Origin: Paraspadella gotoi
Lineage: Eukaryota > Animalia > Chaetognatha
Assembly: GCA_051294375.1 (NCBI GenBank)
Contig: CM119267.1
Location: 3,522,192 to 3,586,191 of the forward strand
Direction of reading: 5' to 3'
DNA length: 64,000 nucleotides
Made by a program: the position numbers and the translations under genes. The notes beneath the pieces were generated by a model. It was not told the DNA's origin and did no database searches. It worked only from the letters and a program-made list of their open reading frames with translations. Shown here one piece after another: positions 12,853 to 22,557 of this stretch (the first letter of the stretch is position 1; every line of letters starts with the position of its first letter).

Positions 12853-14866
12853 ATGCGTTTGGCGAGATTCCTGTCGAACATGAAGGGCATAGTCGTGGAA
12901 AGTTTCGGAGAAGCTGCCGTCTCCATGAGAGTGTCGTCGGATTTACCGAGACCATTCCCATACGAAAATCAGTACTTACTTTTACTGTTTAATCGATAAC
13001 GACCTATGTTAATAGCGACTAGCGTCTCACAGGTTTAATGAGGGTTATTTCCTCGGGTGTGAATCCGGTCGACACTTACATTCGGAATGGAAACTACGCC
13101 AGACTTCCGTCCCTTCCGTACACGCCAGGTTTAAACGTCCAAGAACCGAAGTTTGTTAAATGTTTGTTAAATGTTCAAGAACCGAAGTTTGTTAAATGTT
13201 TGTTAAATGTTTCAAGAACCGAAGTTTGTTAAATGTTTGTTAAATGTTCAAGAACCGAATTTTGTTAAAAGTTTGTTTAATGTTAAATGTTCAAGAACCG
13301 AAGTTTGTTAATGTTTGTTAATGCTCAGAACCGAGTTTGTTACTGTTTGTTAAATGTTCAAGAACCGAAGTTTGTTAAATGTTTGTTTAATGTTCAGAAC
13401 CGAATGTGTTAAAAGTTTGTTAAATGTTCGTTAAATGTTCAAGAAACGAAGTTTGTTTAAATGTTTGTTAAATGTTCAAGAACCGAATTTTGTTAAAGTT
13501 TGTTAAATGTTTAAATGTTCAAGAACCGAAGTTTGTTAAATGTTTGTTAAATGCTCAAGAACCAAGTTTGTTAAATGTTTGTTAAAATGTTCAAGAACCG
13601 AAGTTTTGTTAAATGTTTGTTAAATGTTCGTTAAATGTCAAGAACCGAAGTTTGTTAAATGTTGTTAAATGTTCAAGAACCGAATTTGTTAAAAGTTTGT
13701 TAAATGTTTAAATGTTCAAGAACCGAAGTTTGTTAAATGTTTGTTAAATGCTCAAGAACCGAAGTTTGTTAAATGTTTGTTATAATCCGTAATAAATCTC
13801 TGAGTTTGTTCCTAATCTTAAGAGTTGACTCAAACCTTTGAACGGATTCCCTGCTCTTCTTCGCCGCAATCCAGGCAAGGACGGGGCGGGAATCGTGGTG
13901 GAGGTCGGCGCCGGCGTCAAGCGCTTCAAAAAGGGCGATCGCGTCTTCACTTCCGTCGTGGAATCGGGATCCTTGGCGGAGTTCGGGACCGTCGATGAGG
14001 ACCGCGTCGGGGCATTGCCCGACGCCTTGACTTTTCCCGAGGGAGCCGCGTTGGGAATCGCGTATTTTACGGCCTACAGGGCTCTTTTTCAGAGAGGTGG
14101 AAGACTCCCACATTAGGGGAGTTTGGTTTCTTTTATCGAATTCGGTTTCTATTTTCGAGGCTGCGCCGAAAAAGGCGAAACTGTTCTCGTTCACGGTGCT
14201 TCGGGCGGTGTTGGTCTGGCTGCTCTGCAGCTGGCCGCCAACTTCGGTTTGAATGTCGTGGGAACAGCGGGGACCGAGGAGGGATTAAAGCTTATCAAGG
14301 AGAACGGCGCAAAGTGGGCGTTTAATCACAGAGAAGAGGGTTACACAAACAAAATGATGGACAGTCTCGGGGGTAAATACATAGATCGATAAAAAATTGG
14401 GTGAAAAATTGTTTTGGTTTTCACGCTTCGATCGTCAAATAAGGACGAAAAATCGACTTGATACTGGAAATGTTGGCCAACGTCAATTTGGCAAAGGATT
14501 TGCAACTTTTGAACTGCAACGGGCGCGTCATGATCATCGGATCTCGCGGCTCAATCGAAATAAACCCGAGAGCCACCATGGCCGTTGAATCCTCCATAAT
14601 GGGCGTCGCCTTGACCAGGTGGGTTTGCTGATAGTCTGCCATAGTTATTAGTTAAATAAATAACCTATGAAGCTTGTTCCTCCAGCGCTTCCAATGAGGA
14701 ATGGGCGGAAATGTACCTTGGAATCGAGAAAGGGCTGAAGGAAGGATGGATTCGTCCTGTGGTTGGAAAAATTTACGATTTGGATCACGCCTTTCAAGCG
14801 CACGAGGATGTGATCGTAAATCAAGGCACCAGGGGAAAGTTGGTTGTCAATATTTGTACGGATTGA
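12853..14866 (+). CDS. CRYZ: quinone oxidoreductase / zeta-crystallin
   Basis: [12 protein letters not shown]...LPYTPG|[60 protein letters not shown]. The exon 1/2 junction is off by one base as given. Confidence 0.92.
13130..13781. repeat. 36-bp minisatellite (about 17 copies) in CRYZ intron 2
   Basis: The unit gttcaagaaccgaagtttgttaaatgtttgttaaat repeats with small indels. Confidence 0.95.
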
Positions 14867-14978
14867 TGATATTCGCAATTCTATCTCGTTTTTATACCGT
14901 GATATTTTAATTTCAGTCATGATGAATGTTAAATCGATTGTTTTTACGTTTAAAAGAATTACTATTATGATTAAATTT

Positions 14979-15161
14979 TTAGAGATGAAACGAAAAATTC
15001 GTTGTAATAGCAATTCTATTTTTATTAATGTACATGTTTCGACTCTTAGTTTTTGCGAGTCTTCAACTTGCTGATGAAGACTCGCAAAAACTAAGAGTCG
15101 AAACATGTACATTAATAAAAATAGAATTGCTCTTACTACGAATTTTTCGTTTCATCTCTAA
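14979..15161. repeat. long palindrome, 87-bp arms with 9-nt loop (likely Penelope-like element inversion relic)
   Basis: 14979-15065 is the reverse complement of 15075-15161 with 2 mismatches. Confidence 0.92.
15066..15119 (+). ncRNA. minimal type I hammerhead ribozyme motif (Penelope-like element type)
   Basis: CTGATGA (15071-77), A, GACTC/GAGTC stem II, GAAA (15100-03), palindromic CATG, TA putative cleavage site (15108-09), then AATAAA. Stem I is weak or truncated. Confidence 0.6.
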
Positions 15162-15284
15162 CTATTCTAAATAGCAAAAAAGAAAGTCAAAATACAAAGA
15201 TTAAATTTTTAAAATCACGAAAAAAAGGTTTAAGAGCTTTCTAAATTTTACAACATTGTTATTGCTTTTTATTCTGGGCTTTTT

Positions 15285-15386
15285 CTGGGTTGGCAAAAAC
15301 CTGGGTTTTTTTTTAAAACCCAGCCCACTGGGTTTTTGGGTTTTTAGTTTTGTTTTTTTTTCGTGGGTTTTTTAATGCCAACCCTG
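15285..15386. mobile_element. 102-bp hAT-like MITE
   Basis: TIRs ctgggttggca / tgccaaccctg (10/11 match), flanked by a near-identical 8-bp TSD ggcttttt / ggcttatt. Confidence 0.65.
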
Positions 15387-15578
15387 GGCTTATTACAGAA
15401 TATGTGGAATGTGTTATTGCGCTAGTTGGTTCACTCGTTAATTGTATTTTTTAAAAACATCTCGATTTATGAAAAATTATGTTTGGACTTTTTCTACTAG
15501 AGCATTTATATTGTAAAGAAAGATGCAAACGTGATGTAAAAAAAAAAATCTGATCAAAGAAAATTTGACTGTTTCGCC

Positions 15579-16771
15579 ATGTTTCTCAGCGCCTCTCTTT
15601 CCTTGGCCGTCAAGGGCTTAACCTTTGGATGTTGCGCCGTTTGTATTCTCGACGCCGGACGTTGCCTCCTCAAGATTTACGTCAACGGGCGCCGTAAAAA
15701 ACCATGGTGCCATAAGTTGTTCGACGACAAACTCTTCGTCAAAAAGTTATTGTTTCTAATCCGGAGATCGAGGGGAATTTCGTTGAGCATCCCCGCCGAC
15801 TCGAACGCCCCGATTTCGGTCGACGACTCCAAAGTCGCCGAGTTGACAGAAGATCTTCACGTCTCTCGCCTTCGACGAACCGAAGTTCTTTTCTTTCCCG
15901 ACCACGGGTTCCCCTGTCGAGATTTTTACTCGTCGCCGTTCGGATGCGACAACGTTTTTTGTAGCTTCATGCACGGGGAGACGGCGTACTCGAGGCTGCT
16001 GAGCATTCTCGACTCCGCCAAATCCTCCATCGACGTCTGTGTCTTTTGTTTCACCTGCGCCGATTTGGGTAAGTGACCGTCATATACCCCTCGCGGTTTC
16101 TAAAACCAGAAGCAAGTGGTAAGTAAGTGGTAAGTAGCACAGACATACCGGATGAGTCTTTGTTTGACAGAAACTCTTTTTTCGTTTACCGTCTTTCCTC
16201 TTCAGTTTAAATTTTTCAAACCGGCTTTTAATAAACACCGACAGGAAAGCCTAATTACTACTTGGTTTAACATGTTTTATGTCTGGTTAAATGAAACTTA
16301 CAACATGCGAAAAAATTGTAGCGACGAACATGAACCAAACAGGAACCGCGTTGATGACCAAATCGAAGACTGAAGGTGTCCGAGTTCGTGTCATCACCGA
16401 CAGCGAGCAGATCAACGTGAGCGGATCTCAGGTGGGCCGACTCAGGCGGGAAGGCTTCAAAGTCAGACACGACAATTCTTCTTACCTCATGCACCATAAA
16501 TTCGTCGTCGTCGACGGAGGTAGTCAACTCATAATTTGCGTTGGTCACCTGCCTGATCATAAGAGGAAGAAATTTCTCAACAGAACTGTTGATCAACGGT
16601 AGTTTTAACTGGACTCGAACGGCGATCACGGGAAACCACGAAAATCTTGTCATTTCGCGGGACCAAGAAATGGTCCGACCTTTCGTCAGCAGGTTTCAGA
16701 AAATATGGGACTCCTTCGATCCGGACAAGCAGATCGGGTTCGAACAAAAGCCCGTTAGGCCTACTTGGTGA
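15579..16771 (+). CDS. PLD6: phospholipase D6 / Zucchini / MitoPLD, 3 exons
   Basis: N-terminal hydrophobic anchor, EVLFFP..C..C..C..H zinc motif, AKSSIDVCVF, a single HKD motif MHHKFVVVDG and NGSFNWTRTAITGNHENL. Confidence 0.93.
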
Positions 16772-17026
16772 TAGTACTAGTAGACTTTACTAGTTATTCT
16801 AGTTATTCTTGATTCAATAATCATGAAACATTATGTATTCGCTAATTTCGTTAATTTTTTTAAAAATTTTCTGGTTGTCCCCAAGTTGATAGGGAAAGTT
16901 TTTCATCGATCTGAAATTTGTTTTTAGAATTTTGATGTACGATTAGAAAAATGTAATTAACCCAACGGGTTAATTCTGAAACCTCCCCTCTCCTCCCCCT
17001 CCTGATCCTATTAACTCACTTTCGAG

Positions 17027-17810
17027 ATGCCCGCCCTAGCGGCGCAGCCTTTTTCGTTCCTTACCCTTCGCTTCAAAGACGTTCTTCTCGTCGTCCTCTG
17101 TCTCGTCTTCACTTACCTCCTCCGCGTCCGCGACTCTTTCCTTCTCCTCCCCGACTTCGAGATTCCCGTCGACGTCTCCCTCTTCCCCAACGGCGCCTCC
17201 TTCGACGCCGTCCGCGATCTCCCGCGACCTCTGGTGACGGATTTGGACGGAGATCGCGTCCCCGACCTTCTCTTCGTCGACAACGACTTTAAATTGAAAT
17301 CCTTCGATCGTCGATTCGGCGTCGAAAATGACGACGACGACGACGATCCCGGCTGCCGCGAAAAGCCTCTTCGGCTGCGAGCCTATCGAGAGGCGGCCCT
17401 CCCCGCGCATTACGCTGAAACCGGCCGCCGGAGTCTCCCCGTTGCCTTAGCGACCGGTACGTTTTTTTTAACATCGATCCCGCGTGTAGTAAAATGTTTT
17501 TAGTCTTCGATTGGACGTTTCTTTGACCATTGATCAATGACCATTAACCATTGACAATTGACAACAGGTTACGTGAAGCGTCATCAATCGATGATTGAGA
17601 TTCGTCGTCAAATCGTCGTCGTCGTCTTCGACACTTGGCACGTGATCGCCTTTGATTCGGAGCTCAATCTTCTCTGGGAGACGCAACTGCTCAACGTTCC
17701 CCATGACGTTTCTCAGGTATTGCTCGTTTCTTAGCCTTTCAGTCAAGTCATGTTTGAAAGGTTTTTTTTTTCTTTGGAGCTGAGAGAATCCTTATTTTAA
17801 TGATTATTAA

Positions 17811-17841
<31 letters not shown>

Positions 17842-20800
17842 TTAAGGATTATTACGTGAAAGCCATGACGATCCTCGTCGCGCCCTCTGGAAGTCACGGA
17901 GACGGGAACGGCGTGGTCATCGTTGGCGGATCCTTCGAACACTTGGCCCATCGAGGAGCCAACCACGAATTGAAACATCACGGCGAAGGCGGCGGCCGTC
18001 ATCATCCTCGGCCTGGGTAGAGGATTGTTCTTTTGTTGATTTTCTCAAAGACCCGACGGCGATTAATGCCGCTCCTCCTTTTTTTTAATTTCAGTTCTCG
18101 AAAAGAGGAAGACCTTACCCATTTCACCACCTTTGCCCTCGACGCGAGTAACGGCTCCGTTCGGTGGCACCATCTCCCGGGAGATTTCGAGTCCAAAAGG
18201 GAAGACGATCTGTTCTCGCATCCCGTTCATTGGAAGTTGGCGCTTCGCCCGAACGGAATGCATAGAAAACAGGTGAGGAAGATGATGGAGATGTTGTTGA
18301 CGTTTGTGACGTTGACACTGACAGGGTAGGTTTTTATTATCCCAAGGTTCCGTGGTCTTCCATGACGGATGTTTTTCTGCGCCATCTTCCGCATTCTTGG
18401 ACGAATCGGGGCGACACCGTCGCGCGCCTCGAAGCCGCCAAAAGGACTTTAAGATCCGAAGCTAGAAAATCGGTCGGTGGACGCCACGGCGGCGCCGCCG
18501 CTAACGTCATCGCCAAGAACTTTGAAGCGCATCTACCCGCGGCCTTGGAATACGGTGAAAAATTATTTTTTCAACTTTTTAACTAAATTATGATTATCGT
18601 TATGAATTTTCAAATCACCGCAGACTTTGGTCCTCATTCGCCCGAGGATCACGCGGCCGACGCCAACTCCGTCGTAATCAAATCTCATCAAGGGATCGAA
18701 ATTCTCGACCTGACATCCGGGGAACCTGTGGCGAGACTTCCGCTCTCCGCTTCAACGAGCGTCACGTGGGCGGACTTGGACGACGACGATGTCGTGGACG
18801 AAGTTTCGCTGGAGACGATGGTCGAATCTCCGAGCGAGACGGAGAGAGAGACGACTTCCGTCGAACCCGAATGTTTCTTGAAGGCGAAAAACTCTTTTCT
18901 CTCTTCTTCCTCCTCGTCGCCGTCGCCTCTCGTCTTCAACGTCAGCGTTTGTCGTCTTCCGGTTTTTCAACGCCTTCACTTCGATCTATTTCACGATGGA
19001 TATCGAAAGGCTCCCTCTCTCCCCGTCGTTTCCTCCTTTTCTCCCCCACCCGTCGTCGTTCCTTCCATGGCTCATCGAACCGGACTGTGGCATCACTTGA
19101 CCGGTTACAGCCTGCATCGAGGCTCTCACGGGAAGGACATTGTCGTGGTCTTGCCGGACGGAAGGTTGTGGAAAAAGGATGGATGGATGAGAGTGAAAAA
19201 TAAGAGTAGGGTGATAGCGAGCGCAGTGGATTACTGATTACAACCAATATAAAAATTATTCATTCGTTCAATAAATAGGCCATCTTGCTCCTCTTTCAAG
19301 ATAAGTCCCTGCAGGTCTCAGCAAGCTTTAAATCAAGACTAGTTTAGTTTTTTTTAGTTTATTCACTCCTGCGTACCCGGCCTACCTATCCATAATGATT
19401 TCACTTGTATAAAAAGACCACTCGCTAAATAATTATTCCTGTATTTTTTGTTGACGATGTTTAATTCTCCATTTGTGTCAGAGTGACGAGCGTCGGGTCG
19501 CGCGGAGAATTGCATTGGCAGACGGCGACGGCGTCGAGTTGGGGCGGATCCGAGGGCGACGACGCCTTTGCACCTCACCTGCTTCCATTCGCTCGTCGAG
19601 TCTTTGGGAAAACGGATTCTGTCGTCGTCTCAGGATCCCATTTTCTTTCTTTGCTCGACCTCGCCGACGGTAATATTGAGAGATAAAAGTACAAGATTAG
19701 ATTATTTAAAAAAGCTTTAGCTGACAAATATTCTCTGTTAATTATATTGTTCGCTCGAGTTAGGTTTAGATGTTAGATGAGTTAGGGAAAAGGAAAAAGA
19801 AAGGCTTAGAATTCGCTAGTAGCCTTCTCATTTTCGGCTCTCCAAAACGTATTCCCAATTCTCTGGAAAATCCACGAAGATGGGCTGCGTCTCCTCCATT
19901 AGAAAGGAAAACCAAAACGCGAACCGTTCCGTGAATAAGTCCTCCATTCGCTACACTCGAGACCCAAACGAAAATGGGGACGTCTGGAGCCAAGAGGATT
20001 GGGACGACTTTTGTCGCAAGAATCATATTGTTAGGCAAGGATTCCGCATTTTGATGGACCAAAAGATCCATCGAATATCAGCATTTAATCATTAGTAAAT
20101 TATTTTTAGTCGAGACATGGAAAACGTTTCGAAAAATCGATCACGAATCTCACGTTTGAGCGAAATTGAAGAGTGGCCAGAATGGAGAAATGAATTCACC
20201 GCCCAACTTTATTTCGACAAAGTGAAAAAGGTTATGCGAAGATCGATTCGAGTCGAGAAATTCAGACTTTCAAATGTCTCGTGACTCGCTTTAACTCTCC
20301 AAGGTTCACAATTTTGCGCCAAGCCCGACTCTCCCGCTCGAAGTCCAGGAGGAAATTCTCCACCTCAAAGACATTAGCGATGCAGAACTGGACGCCAAGC
20401 TTAAATCGCTCGTCCAAACGGCTTCCGCGCCCGCCAAGATGCGGGTAACTTCTCAAGCCGAGGGAACCGGGTTGTTGATGAAATTGAGGTTCCCCAATCG
20501 CTGACCGTTCTCGTATTTTCCCGCCGTGTCCCTTCAAGGGTCGAGGGCGGTTGCCCATGTCGAATCCGGCAAAGAGATATCTAATCTGGTTGTTGCTTGA
20601 CGCCGAAGGAACTCCACGCAACTCGGAAAACTCCAAAACGCATGACGAAGCGGGAAAGACGGAAGCTCTACTGCAACAGCCGAAAGAATGAAAAGGGGCT
20701 TTCATGCATTACATTCACATGAAACAAGTCTTTAAAAATATTCTTCAGGATTTGTCTTATAAATAGATCTTATTTAGTCAGTTGCTTGGTATTTATTCTC

Positions 20801-21337
20801 ACTTTTTTCTGGCTTGATTTTTGCCCCTCTGCAAAACGAGTGTAAAAATGTCATGAATATTGAATATTGCTTTAAGAAAAGTAAATATGTGTGAATTTCC
20901 TACGAAAATGAAAAATTCGAGATAGGAACGAAAGATTAGACTATAGACATACATCACATGCAGCCCGGCTGTTGCTATAATACACCGCTAAACTTTTAAA
21001 GTTAGAAAATTAATTTTATCTCTATACCACATGTCTGTGTTTTCTAGGGTCCATTTTAGCGGAATTTGGTCTTCCGTGTCGTCCGTCAGCCGGAGGCGTC
21101 ATCGTCACCGATTTTTCCGGCGATGGATTAAATGACGTTCTCGTCTCTTGTCCGAGCGGCGTCTCTGGATTCCGTTTGCGCGCCGTTTCAGCGAAGAGCT
21201 CCACGGCGCTTGTCGGCGTCATCGTCGTCGCCCTCGTTTTCGTTCTCAATTCTGTCGCGAAAGAAAAACGAAAGGAGAAAGAGGATTTCGACGCGAGACG
21301 CAACGCAAAAAAGTTTTTGGAACAATTCGAGGATTGA
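17027..21337 (+). CDS. FG-GAP repeat membrane protein (plant NERD1-like family), multi-exon
   Basis: N-terminal hydrophobic segment, PLVTDLDGDRVPD, HLPHSWTNRGDT, WADLDDDDVVDEV. The final exon (21048-21337) has VTDFSGDGLNDVLV plus a C-terminal TM helix, and LADG|SIL joins in phase 1. Confidence 0.8.
17802..17841. repeat. (ATT)n microsatellite in intron
   Basis: Run of attattatt. Confidence 0.9.
19880..20691 (+). CDS. nested same-strand orphan gene, 4 exons, about 189 aa, MGC N-terminal acylation motif
   Basis: Exons 19880-20034, 20110-20230, 20304-20444 and 20539-20691 total 570 nt and read through without stops. Introns are GC-AG, GT-AG, GT-AG. It lies inside FG-GAP intron 19670-21047. Confidence 0.72.
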
Positions 21338-21502
21338 ACGACTCATGTTATATGTATGTCGCCTGGCGCCTGTTTGTTTAATGTATCGTTAACAACAATA
21401 TGATCTCAACTTTTTAGCGCCTTTGCGGGTCCGCATACCGTGCGCGTGCGTACGTAAATTATCATAAATAAAAAAGATTATAAGCTTACACGGACTCCCA
21501 AG

Positions 21503-21887
21503 ATGAGCACCTCTCCGAACACGAAGGTCACTTCCACCCCAACTCCATCCGAAGAGATGTTCTACCTCCCTCCTCCAAAGATTAGAGGGCCCAAGGAAGA
21601 GAGTTACCGGGAAAAGATGAGTCGAAAGATTAAAGAAAACCCAATGGTTCCCGCCGGCGCCGTCGTCACAGCAGGTTCCATGGAGACGCAGAGTTTTTGC
21701 TCCCCTCCTCTTCATTTTCGATTAAACCGCGAGGTTAACTTCAGGCATCCTCATCGCGGGATTGTTCTCCATGAAATCTCGGAACACGGCTCTGTCTCAA
21801 AAGCTGATGCGCGCCCGAGTAGCGGCTCAGGGACTAACTATTTTCGCGTTGGTGGGAGGGATGTTATGGGCCGCCCGCGATGATTAG
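21503..21887 (+). CDS. HIGD2A: HIG1 domain family member 2-like, 2 exons
   Basis: KMSRKIKENPMVPAGAVVTA|GILIAGL...SQKLMRARVAAQGLT is the HIG1 signature. Confidence 0.9.
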
Positions 21888-22557
21888 ATTAGATTAAAAC
21901 GCAATCGCCTTTTTCTCTTTGTAAAATGGTCCCGGGGATTTGTGGAGAGAATCCATTAACTCGGACGTTAATTTCCGTTAGTAAAAAATTTAAAACACGG
22001 AGCCAATGAATGACTACTAAGTGACTAAGTGACTTAGTAAGTCTGAGGAATCGCCAAAACTATTCAACATTGACGCGAAATCTTTTAATGGTCTCGAAAT
22101 TCGGCGACATCTCGATATTTCGGTGAATCCAATTGCTCTTGTGCACTCGATTCGCATAAACATTTTTAGGCAATGGATAAGATTTATGGACGATTTGCAT
22201 ACATTCTATATAATATAATCTATATAATATATATATCATATACGGCATATCTCATCACCAACAACATCTGATAAGTGATTTCCAATCCGCGATTCTTACA
22301 AAACATTCATAGTAATTATACTTGTTGAGATACTAATTTATTTCGTTGATTTTTTTCTTAATTACGTCTCTTTTTTTTAATCTCAGCCAACGAATGTAAG
22401 TTGGAACGCAAAAAAATTTTGATAAAAAAAAGATTAAATCATTAAGTATTTAACCTTTGATCACTAAAGTAGGGTTGCTCGTCGTTATTTTCGTTGTTAA
22501 GCTTGGAATTTCAACATCTTGCATATTTTCGTTTTGCGAACAGCGAAGGATAATGTA

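Noticed and set aside
13130-13781. 36-bp repeat array as a CRISPR array
   Set aside because: The units are contiguous with no unique spacers, there are no cas genes, and it lies in a eukaryotic intron.
14648-15112. 154-aa minus-strand ORF and 14844-15074 plus-strand ORF
   Set aside because: By-products of the palindrome and the CRYZ antisense strand, with low-complexity composition.
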